A stretch of DNA of 64,000 nucleotides from Prorocentrum cordatum (taxonomy: Eukaryota). Of this stretch, positions 51,435 through 59,916 are shown one piece after another. The position numbers were made by a program, and so were the translations under genes. Below the pieces are notes generated by a model. The model searched no databases. It worked only from the letters and a program-made list of their open reading frames with translations, and was not told where the DNA came from. The stretch covers positions 1-64,000 of the forward strand of contig CAUYUJ010000111.1 of the NCBI GenBank assembly GCA_963575745.1, read 5' to 3'. The first letter of the stretch is position 1. Each line of letters starts with the position of its first letter.

Positions 51435-51978
51435 AACGTCTCGGCTCAAGAACGTCTCTGCCTGGGGAACCTCCAGACGTTCTAGCGAGCCCTGGCCTCG
51501 GGGTGTGAGCCCGGCTTGCCTGGGTTCCCTCGAGGTTCTTGTCTGCTTACTCTACATCTCTTGTATTGTACGCTGTATTCTTCTTCGTGGTATTGAGATT
51601 CTCTGGTGTGCTGCACTGCTGTTCATTGTCTGTCTGCATTCTTTACCTCTTATTGAACGAGTGGTAGTTACTTGTGTGTGGATCGTTGTTGACATCACGT
51701 CGTACGACAGTCCTGAGGCTCAGCTGGCATTGAGGAGAGAGATAGGACTCGAGCATTGGGGTGAAAGTACTGAGGAGTGGTTTCGGCGTCAAAGGAATTT
51801 GGACATACCCACAGAAGACTACCAGGACGAGAGAGTCAACTTTGATTACCTTGAGGAATACCAGCCGTGGGATCAGAAAGATCTGCAGGCACTGGAGGCA
51901 GCATCAAACAAACGTCAACGTGAGGACGATAGGAGCTGGTTAGATAAATACGGATTGAACGGTAATATTCTTGAAGAT

Positions 51979-53082
51979 ATGACTCATGTTGCAGCAGCGG
52001 CGGATGCCGCGATGACTGGGGATGGTGAGACTCGATCCAAACGTGCACGTGGAACAGAGATTGAGGAGGAGAGGAAAGTGATGTTAGAAAAGGAGAAGGA
52101 TCCATTCAAACAGATGATGATGAAGCATGTTTGGAAAACGGAGGATGCCCATGAGGATCTCATCCATGTTGTTCAATCGACGAAGACGGACATCAAAAGA
52201 GTTGATGACACACTCAAGTTGCATACGGAGAGAATGGACAAATCAGATGCACGGACAGATATTTTGGAGAAACAGGTTAAGCAAATTTTGGCTGGATCTC
52301 CTGCAGCTTCGGTTTCGACTAGTGTGGGCCCTGGTGGCTCCTCTGGTGGTGGTGGAGGTTCGATCCCTCGCGTGCAACAGGAGCGATCGAGCCAGTTCAC
52401 ACCAACTTATCTCGAGCTGAAAGGGTGGGTTACGGATTGGTCGAATCAAGTAAATCGGGGAAATCAAATGATACCCTGGGCAGATGCGGCACAGTTAATA
52501 TCAAATATGATTGGGACACTTCAGGGGGAGGAAAGGAATGCTTACGATAAAGATAAAACTGAACGTTTAAACGGAGGAAGATATATGTACGGCAGTGTGA
52601 AGGTCGGTTTCAAAGAAGGGACACCACGGGACACTCTTTGGAGAATAAAGAAATGGATGGATATGGTCTGTAAGGAACCCGCCGACCGCATTGCCCCGCC
52701 CCCAGGTTATACGTATCCAGATGCCGATGTTCTCACTCATGATATGGACACGCCAATCGATCCCAGAAAGATTCGTACGTTAGTGGAGTGTGCACCCTGG
52801 AAGCGTGATCATGTGAAAGCGGTTGCTCGTTTCTGTGGGACTTGGCGTAGTATGACCTCGGCTCATGTTCAAATCGAGATCCGTGGGGAGGTGGGGCCAC
52901 CGAGAAGTCAGATTTGGACTCAAGCTGTTCCGAATTTCCGACCCGTCTGTTTTGCGACGTATACGAATACCACAGGGGCTTGGGTTCTTCATGCTGATGC
53001 ATGGGCTCGTATTGTTTCTTTTTATCCGGCGCTGAAGGTTCCCATGAATGATATACTTCAGGAAGTGAATCGTAGGCAGTGA
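51979..53082 (+). CDS. ORF1 of family D (coiled-coil plus conserved globular domain)
   Basis: First in-frame ATG at 51979; the frame is open further upstream. FTPTYLELKGWVTDW and VECAPWK are shared with ORF1 of family E. Confidence 0.8.
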   Translation: MTHVAAAADAAMTGDGETRSKRARGTEIEEERKVMLEKEKDPFKQMMMKHVWKTEDAHEDLIHVVQSTKTDIKRVDDTLKLHTERMDKSDARTDILEKQVKQILAGSPAASVSTSVGPGGSSGGGGGSIPRVQQERSSQFTPTYLELKGWVTDWSNQVNRGNQMIPWADAAQLISNMIGTLQGEERNAYDKDKTERLNGGRYMYGSVKVGFKEGTPRDTLWRIKKWMDMVCKEPADRIAPPPGYTYPDADVLTHDMDTPIDPRKIRTLVECAPWKRDHVKAVARFCGTWRSMTSAHVQIEIRGEVGPPRSQIWTQAVPNFRPVCFATYTNTTGAWVLHADAWARIVSFYPALKVPMNDILQEVNRRQ

Positions 53083-56000
53083 CGTTTGCGGCGCCTCGTC
53101 CGAGGCATACGCTTGGCGAGCTGGAACCTGAACAAAGCAGGGGAGGCTCATTTCAAATGTGCTGAGATTCTCCATCATATGAGGGCATGTGGTGGGCTCT
53201 TTGCATGTCAGGAAACTCAATACCTAGTGCACGGGGAATTTGAACGCTTGGGGTGGCGCATCAAAACTAGTTCGTGTAGTAAGGCAGCTCTCATCTTCGA
53301 CAGATCTTGGGCGGCTGCCGTCCGTATGTTTTTCACTTGTTTCACGAGGTTCGTTATCGGTGTCTTTGGGTCAGAGAAGTCACCACTCATTATTGTGTCA
53401 GCGTGTTTGCCAGACCCTCATGTGGAGGATTGTGTAGAGATTGCTGCGGAGGTATATGAGCAGATCGGTCGTGCTCGCAATGTTCTCCGCACTAAGTTTC
53501 CGCAGGCCAGCTTTTGTGTTCTGCTAGATGCAAACGTGGAGATTCCGCCTGGATGCAGATTTACGTATAATGGGGAGGAGTATGAGGCTACTGGAAAGGA
53601 AGGTACTCGTACGGACAGAAGGTGGGAGAGAGGAGGAGACGGTACACAGCAGATTGAAAGGAGGAGTCGGAGGAGGAGGCTGAAGGAGCTGCTGTTAGAG
53701 TTCATGGAATCGCATGGACTGAAGGCCGCCAACACTTTCTGTACTAGGAGGCATACCTGGGAGTCGTGGGGGGAGAACAAGTTTCTGACTTCGAAGAGGG
53801 TCCTGGATTACCTAATGGTCCCTCACCGTTGGGAGTTCTCGGATCTGGAGGTGAAGTGGTGTTTCAAGAGGGGTGGGAAGAAGCAGTTCAGTAGATTATC
53901 CGATCACGCAATCATCACGGCGAGTTTCACTGACCCTGGGAACGTGATTGTTCGTCGCCCTGACCCCCAGCCTGGTCAGAAGTCTAGGCCGTCTCTGGTC
54001 GGATACAAGTGTTCGACTTGGGCTGATGAGCATCAGGCTCGACAGCATGTGGATTCGTATCTAGGCGGTGCTGCCTTTTCAAGGTGTCCGTCTGTGACCT
54101 GTCCACAGGGTCTGGAGAGTACTATGCTGGAGGCGTACTTGTCACCGACGGTGGACTACTCCACCACGGGTGCGAGAAGACCGAGAGAGCCGTCCAGGCC
54201 GGTGCAGCTCACAAGAGCGGAGGAGGAGGTTAAGATGTGTCCGAAGGAGGAAGTGGAGAGGTTGAGGAGGTTAAAGAATGAGGCTAATCGTCTACGCAGA
54301 GGTTATCGACGTGATATGATTATGTGCAGATGTCCCCCAACAAAACGAAAGGTCAGATATACTATCAAACATTTAGTGGTGGATGGGAGGGAGACGGAGG
54401 ACCGTGAGGAGTGGAAGGAGGAGCTCGACAAGTTCGTTCGTTGCAAGGTGTCGTCCGAAGAGATACGCAATTCCACCAACAGTATGATGGAGGAGATCAG
54501 GATGAGGGCTGTACATGAGATACGTTCCACATCAGTTGTGGGAATTAGTATGGCGCTGCTTCTCAGAGCACGAGCTCGGCTGAAGACCCAGAGGGCTACT
54601 GGGCCAGACGGGATACCGTGCGAGATTCTAAGGAGCTTGCCGTGGTGTGCTCTCAGAGCGATCCAGAAGTTGTTCGATAAAATCATCAAGCTCACGATTC
54701 CGTATCCTCAGTCGTGGCGTGAGATTCTCGTCTCTTTTATGCCAAAAACTCCAGGGATCACTAAGTTAAAAGACGGACGTTTGCTGTGTATGCAGAATGC
54801 TGTTTCGAGATGGTTCAGTTCCTGTGTTGTTCTCTTGGTTGAGGGTCATATTGAAAGAAAAGGAGTGTTTCGTCATATTGGGTTGTATGGTTTCCAGGAA
54901 CACCGTCGTACACACGAAATCACGGCTAGCATCAAACACATAGGTCAACATGCTGCACAATGGGGAAAAGGGGAAACGGCACACTTGGCGAACGCTGATG
55001 TCCTTCAGGCGTTCGATCACTGCACGGTGGCCAATGTCAGGCGCGGGTTGGATCATGCGGATGTACCCCTTTACCTACAGTATGCTCTACTTGACCCCTT
55101 GTGCGAATGTGTAGGCACTGTCTATTATGATGGGATTGAGGTGGTGGAGGTTAGGTGGGACAAATGTATTCGGACGGGAGGGCCCGAGGGACCGTTGGCC
55201 TTCAATCTCATCGTTGCTGCTATGTGGGGCTCCACGATTCGAGAATGGGACGTACTAGGACTAGGTTATCGTATTGAGTATGTGACTGGCTCGACTAGCT
55301 GTGTTTCGATTATTAATCATTTCCTTTGGGCTGACAACTGTTATGTATTGGCTCGGAGTCGAGAGGAACTCACACGCATGTTACACGGTCTAACTACACA
55401 GTTACATGATTATGGAATGAGATGGAAGGAATCCAGCCTATTGTATATGGTGTTCGGGGTCGAGCCGCCGCGAGATGTGGAAGGGGAATTACTTCACACT
55501 GCTGATCTTGTTCTCTCGGTGGGGTCGGAGGCGTCTGGAGTGTATCGATTTAGAAGGACGACGGAGATGGAGGTGCTGGGGGCTTATATTTGTTCTGAAC
55601 TACATGTGAATGAACATCATGATTTGGACGCTCGTATTGACTGTGCTCGCAGGGCCTTCTGGGGGCAGGCGACCTTCTTCCGCTCCACGGCCATCCCGTT
55701 GAAAGATAAATATGAGAGGTATGCTCAGAGAGTTCAGAGTATTGTGCTCTACGCGGCGGAAGGATGCACGGTCGATTCAAGTTCATTGAGCGCCCTTCAT
55801 ATCTTTGAGGGCAAGTGCCTGTCTGTAATGTCTCGCTGTGTACGGAGGGAGGGGGAAAGTTACCAGGAATGGAATACGAGGAGGTATGAACGTGCGAGAC
55901 AGAAATTTCATGATGCTCACTTTGTGGGCATTGTACAGAAGTTTCTCAGAGTGCATTGGATGTGGGCAATTGACATCCAGGACTTTGCACGCAGGCTGAT

Positions 56001-57036
56001 CACAGATCGGGGGGAGTTGGAGGCGAACTCGATGAGAGCTTGGAGAGATTCTCGTTTCTCATTTCTGGCGTTTGGCCGACTGTGGGATAGAATGAGGACG
56101 GATTCAAGTGAGGCTCTCAGATGTTGGGGAAACTGGAAGGAGGCCAGCTCTATGAAAAGGCATCGGGGGGGACAAGAGAGCGTCGGACTCCGTCCGTGGT
56201 ATTATTCATTGGAATCGTTTTACGGTTTATCCTGGTGGGAGTTCTTTGCTGGAAGTTTTGAGCATTTCATGGATTTCGCTACTAATGTTTGTTCTAGTAC
56301 TATGTTGAAGTACTTCCAAAAGAAGTGTAAAGGTTTGGCGTCCTCAGGGGTGCCTGTATTCTTGAACTTGGATGAGGATGGAGGGGTTCATATCGGTCAG
56401 GATCGGGAGGATACACCAGCATATAGGGATCGCCTCAGCAAACGTATTGCGTTGCATAATATGCGTTGTACACAGTGGGACCTCGATACAGATGGGATAC
56501 CACTGGACATCCAAGGGGACTCACTGCTTGTTATTAACTGGCTCTGCGGGAAATGGAAAGTATTAGCTCAGGTATATCAGAAAAGGGTGGATACTCTGAT
56601 TAATAAGTTGGACGAAATGCAGGAAACTTACTTGGTGAGGCCTCCAGAGGCCGGCCGTGACTTCTTCTCTCATTCGTTTCGGGAATGGAACCAGAAAGCT
56701 GACTTACTGACCCATCAGGCCCGTCAGGGCCATGTGTACGCCGATTTCGTTTACCTCAACGACTTTGAATCTCAGTGTTATATTCCTTGCCTTATCAAAG
56801 CCGGCTTTGATGGGGGAGTTTGTAGCCGCGGAAGTGCCTGTGGTGCATGGATACAGATTGGTCTGCGAAACAAGTATATCTTCTCGCGGACCGACATCAT
56901 TTTCAAGGATGTGTATCTTGCGGCTTGGTGTCTACCACCGAGCGCCACTGTTGCAGATACGGAACTATCGGCGGCGGAGCGCATATGCGAGTTGCTCCCA
57001 CAGGTTGTGCAGACCTTCTTTGATCATTCGCAGTGA
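53083..57036 (+). CDS. ORF2 of family D: APE endonuclease, reverse transcriptase and permuted RNase H
   Basis: APE motifs SWNL, CQET, LDAN, NTF..HTW, LDY, SDH. RT motifs ATGPDGIP, ADVLQAFD, IRTGGPEGP, WADN, VLG. RNase H motifs at 56500-56990. Confidence 0.95.
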   Translation, partial: RLRRLVRGIRLASWNLNKAGEAHFKCAEILHHMRACGGLFACQETQYLVHGEFERLGWRIKTSSCSKAALIFDRSWAAAVRMFFTCFTRFVIGVFGSEKSPLIIVSACLPDPHVEDCVEIAAEVYEQIGRARNVLRTKFPQASFCVLLDANVEIPPGCRFTYNGEEYEATGKEGTRTDRRWERGGDGTQQIERRSRRRRLKELLLEFMESHGLKAANTFCTRRHTWESWGENKFLTSKRVLDYLMVPHRWEFSDLEVKWCFKRGGKKQFSRLSDHAIITASFTDPGNVIVRRPDPQPGQKSRPSLVGYKCSTWADEHQARQHVDSYLGGAAFSRCPSVTCPQGLESTMLEAYLSPTVDYSTTGARRPREPSRPVQLTRAEEEVKMCPKEEVERLRRLKNEANRLRRGYRRDMIMCRCPPTKRKVRYTIKHLVVDGRETEDREEWKEELDKFVRCKVSSEEIRNSTNSMMEEIRMRAVHEIRSTSVVGISMALLLRARARLKTQRATGPDGIPCEILRSLPWCALRAIQKLFDKIIKLTIPYPQSWREILVSFMPKTPGITKLKDGRLLCMQNAVSRWFSSCVVLLVEGHIERKGVFRHIGLYGFQEHRRTHEITASIKHIGQHAAQWGKGETAHLANADVLQAFDHCTVANVRRGLDHADVPLYLQYALLDPLCECVGTVYYDGIEVVEVRWDKCIRTGGPEGPLAFNLIVAAMWGSTIREWDVLGLGYRIEYVTGSTSCVSIINHFLWADNCYVLARSREELTRMLHGLTTQLHDYGMRWKESSLLYMVFGVEPPRDVEGELLHTADLVLSVGSEASGVYRFRRTTEMEVLGAYICSELHVNEHHDLDARIDCARRAFWGQATFFRSTAIPLKDKYERYAQRVQSIVLYAAEGCTVDSSSLSALHIFEGKCLSVMSRCVRREGESYQEWNTRRYERARQKFHDAHFVGIVQKFLRVHWMWAIDIQDFARRLITDRGELEANSMRAWRDSRFSFLAFGRLWDRMRTDSSEALRCWGNWKEASSMKRHRGGQESVGLRPWYYSLESFYGLSWWEFFAGSFEHFMDFATNVCSSTMLKYFQKKCKGLASSGVPVFLNLDEDGGVHIGQDREDTPAYRDRLSKRIALHNMRCTQWDLDTDGIPLDIQGDSLLVINWLCGKWKVLAQVYQKRVDTLINKLDEMQETYLVRPPEAGRDFFSHSFREWNQKADLLTHQARQGHVYADFVYLNDFESQCYIPCLIKAGFDGGVCSRGSACGAWIQIGLRNKYIFSRTDIIFKDVYLAAWCLPPSATVADTELSAAERICELLPQVVQTFFDHSQ

Positions 57037-57294
57037 TTTGACACACATTGTTTCTTCTTTTCCGTGTCTTGTATATTCCTGCAGCTTCGCTGCTCACTGA
57101 CTTCCTCGATTATCTGTGTGTTCTTTGCGTTTGATTGTGTCATTGCGGCATGTGATTCTCTTTATTCCTTCAGCTTCGCTGTGTGGTATAAGAGCTGACT
57201 GCTTGCGTGATGAATAAGAAGCTCTGTTTTGCCTGAGACTTTGTTGGACCTGGCCTCAGTGGCCAAGACGGTCCCAGCAAAGACGCAAAAAAAA

Positions 57295-58355
57295 GACCAG
57301 GTTAACGGTTCACCGCCGGCGCCAGTAACTCGTAGAGCGTTCCTTAGCAAGTTATTGCTGGAAGCTTAAGAGTAATTCTTGCGCGCTGGAGAGCTAGTTG
57401 GCAACGCAATTTCGACGGACCTTTTGGTGACTTTCCGTCGGTCGAAAATTTGGTTCTCGAAATTCAACAATTCGTTAGAGCTCTAGTATTTTTTCCCGTG
57501 ATATTCGATCTTATTTCCGCTCGCCATCTAGATCTCAGCTCGATCGGGTACCTTTTACTGCCAAAAAGCACTCCGGCGGGATCGCCCGTTTCGGGTCATC
57601 TTAATAGGCGCTGACGGTTTCCTCAAGATAACTCGAGCTTCAGAACAGCTACAGAGCTGGTAAGCACAGCTAATCGACGCAGAATGATCAGGCGCGTTCG
57701 CCTGTTGAACTCAGAGGTCTGAACTCGGTCTGCTAGCCGAGCTGGGTTCGCAAACCTATTCGTATTATTCAAGTCATCTTTGACAGACGCTCTCAGTTTT
57801 CAGTACTTAACTCGAGCGACAGGACAGCTACAGAGCTGATACGCACAGAATCTGATTCAGAATCATCAGTGGCCGTTGTCTGTTGAATTCAGAGCTCTGA
57901 ACTCGGTCTGCTGCCCGATCTAGAATCGCGAAACTATTGGTATTGTTCGAATCATCTTGAGAGATGCTGTCGCTTCTCTGTTCTTAACTCGGGCTGTGGG
58001 GGCTGCATGGCTGGTTATCATTGGAATCGATTGAATACATCAGGCGCGTCCGCCTTGCGAATCCAGAGCTCTGAATTCTGTCTGCTGCGAAGTAGCTCCG
58101 CGAAACTATTCGTATTGTTCGAGTCATCCTAAGAGGTGCTGTCGGTTTCCTGCACTCAACTGGGCTGTAGGGGGGCTGCAGGGCTGGTTATTACAGGATC
58201 AATTCAGAGGGATCAGACGGCCTGTCGCATGGAGAGGTCTGAACTCGGTCTCATACTCGAGCTAGGTTTGCCAAACTATTCATTTTTTTTCTGTGTATTT
58301 TTTTCGAGAATGTTGTCAGGAAGCTCTACGAGTCCCCGGCGGTAACAAAGGTTGA
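57295..58355. repeat. One satellite higher-order unit between elements D and E
   Basis: Head module, 4-5 monomers, then the left half of a stem-loop. Confidence 0.88.
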
Positions 58356-58869
58356 GGAAGCGGAGTTTACCTCCCGCTCTCCCTCGGTCTTGTCCCGTCG
58401 GGGGGCTCACTCGAGCTGCATCGTGTAGTCAGGCAGCCTGCCCCTGGCCCGCCGCGCGGGGGGCGCGTGGCGATCGGGCCACTTCGGCGACTTCGGCTGC
58501 CTGCACTTGTTTGCGGCATTTGTTTGCTTCCCGAGGCAAGCAGGCCGCCTGCACTTGTTTGCGGCATTTTGCCGCGTCGAGCTGGACGGGACGAGCCAGA
58601 GTCAATCGATCGATTTGGACCGCTGGGGAGCCAACTTCGGACATTGGGAGTGGGAGTATCTTGCCAGACAGGTTGGTAGAGCTCGACACGACGATAAGGA
58701 TTCTCTAGTCGACATACCATCTGGGCCACCTGATCTCTCTCCCACTTTACCTCACCATCCTGTTGCCCCATATAACTTTCATCAGTTGAGTGCACATCTC
58801 AAACGTACTCGAGAAGATCGATCGTTCTGTGCGAAGTGGAATATCCCTTGTAATATCTCAGACGGCAAG

Positions 58870-59916
58870 ATGGCTGCCTCATCAGCTGCTGCGGTCCCCG
58901 AGGTTTTCGCTATGGACGCCACTGATATGCCCGTTCCAGGAGCCAAGGAGGAGGAGGTCCCAGAGGGAAAACGGGTCAAAATTCAGACGGTTGAAGGCCT
59001 CGAGGAGGCCATGACAAAGGGGATGGACAAGATCACGACGCTTGTTGCATCTCTGGGAGGTAAGATGACGGAGGGCTTCCAATCAACACATCGAAGCATC
59101 ACGGATCTCGGCACCCAGCTCAATGCTCGTGTTGATTCGGTGGAGAAAAATGTACAGCAGGCGATGACGGACATAGATGCTATTACTAAGAAGGTTGAGG
59201 ATCAGAGGCTCCAGATAATCCAGCTCCAGCAGGCTCCTGCAGGTGGGGCCCCCAGAGCAGGCACCTCTACGACAGCGTCCTCGGCGGAAACTCGGCAGTC
59301 AGTGCAGAATTTCACCCCATCGTTCGTCGAGCTCAAGGGATGGGTGACGGACTGGAGGGATGCAGAGAAGCGTCAGGAGGAGATGTTATCACAGCAGGCG
59401 TTGAATTCACTGCTGAATGAGGTCCTGGCTGGAGAATGGTTCAGTGGTGTGAAGGAGTTTCTGGACCTGAACCAATCCAAGAGGTTCAACACAGGTAGAG
59501 AGGCGTGGGGGTATTCGCGTGCTCGGCTCTATTTCCAGAATGGGGTTACCAGTGACCAGCTGTGGGATCTTCGTCGTCGACTCGTTGCCGCGATCGCCGA
59601 CAACAAACTCCAGCACGCTCCCAGGGCCCTCAAGGTCCACGTGGAGGCCCCCCCCTGGAAGAAGCCCCATCTGGATGCCGCTGGGATCTTTCAGGCCAAG
59701 TTCAAGAGTTTCAAGAAGCATCATTCGAATCTCAGGGCTGAGACGGGACCACCGATTACGTTCATGTGGGGCTCCAGTGACCACTTACCACCTCCAGGGA
59801 AGATTGTGGCCAAGTTCTCTCTGCAGAATGGCTGGGAGATCACTCGTGCAATGAATCAGCTTGAGCCAGGGATCAACATTGATGAGTTGCGAGCGAGGAT
59901 TTCCAGTACGAACTAG
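58870..59916 (+). CDS. ORF1 of family E
   Basis: ATG at 58870; heptad-like region LNARVDSVEKNVQQAMTDIDAITKKVED; FTPSFVELKGWVTDW; VEAPPWK. Confidence 0.82.
   Translation: MAASSAAAVPEVFAMDATDMPVPGAKEEEVPEGKRVKIQTVEGLEEAMTKGMDKITTLVASLGGKMTEGFQSTHRSITDLGTQLNARVDSVEKNVQQAMTDIDAITKKVEDQRLQIIQLQQAPAGGAPRAGTSTTASSAETRQSVQNFTPSFVELKGWVTDWRDAEKRQEEMLSQQALNSLLNEVLAGEWFSGVKEFLDLNQSKRFNTGREAWGYSRARLYFQNGVTSDQLWDLRRRLVAAIADNKLQHAPRALKVHVEAPPWKKPHLDAAGIFQAKFKSFKKHHSNLRAETGPPITFMWGSSDHLPPPGKIVAKFSLQNGWEITRAMNQLEPGINIDELRARISSTN

Larger units (their letters stand above)
51414..57294 (+). mobile_element. Full-length, apparently intact non-LTR retrotransposon (family D)
   Basis: Starts with DinoSL, has two open ORFs and an A8 tail at 57287-57294, followed by GACCAGGTTAACGGTTCACCGCCGG. 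About 6 bp of target (GGCGGT) is deleted. Confidence 0.93.

Noticed and set aside
51414..51480. SL RNA gene
   Set aside because: The exon is followed by AACG, not a GT donor and SL intron, so it is a retroposed mature leader.
51322..51978. N-terminal extension of ORF1 D as given in the ORF track
   Set aside because: The track start lies in flanking satellite upstream of the SL junction, and there is no in-frame ATG before 51979. A non-AUG start cannot be excluded.
53083..57036. Bacterial retron, DGR or group II intron RT
   Set aside because: The APE domain, ORF1, poly(A) tails, 5' truncations and TSDs indicate eukaryotic non-LTR elements.
58356..58580. 5' ribozyme or SL on element E
   Set aside because: No SL match and no convincing HDV fold. 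Only a short direct repeat (CTGCACTTGTTTGCGGCATTT, two copies) was seen.
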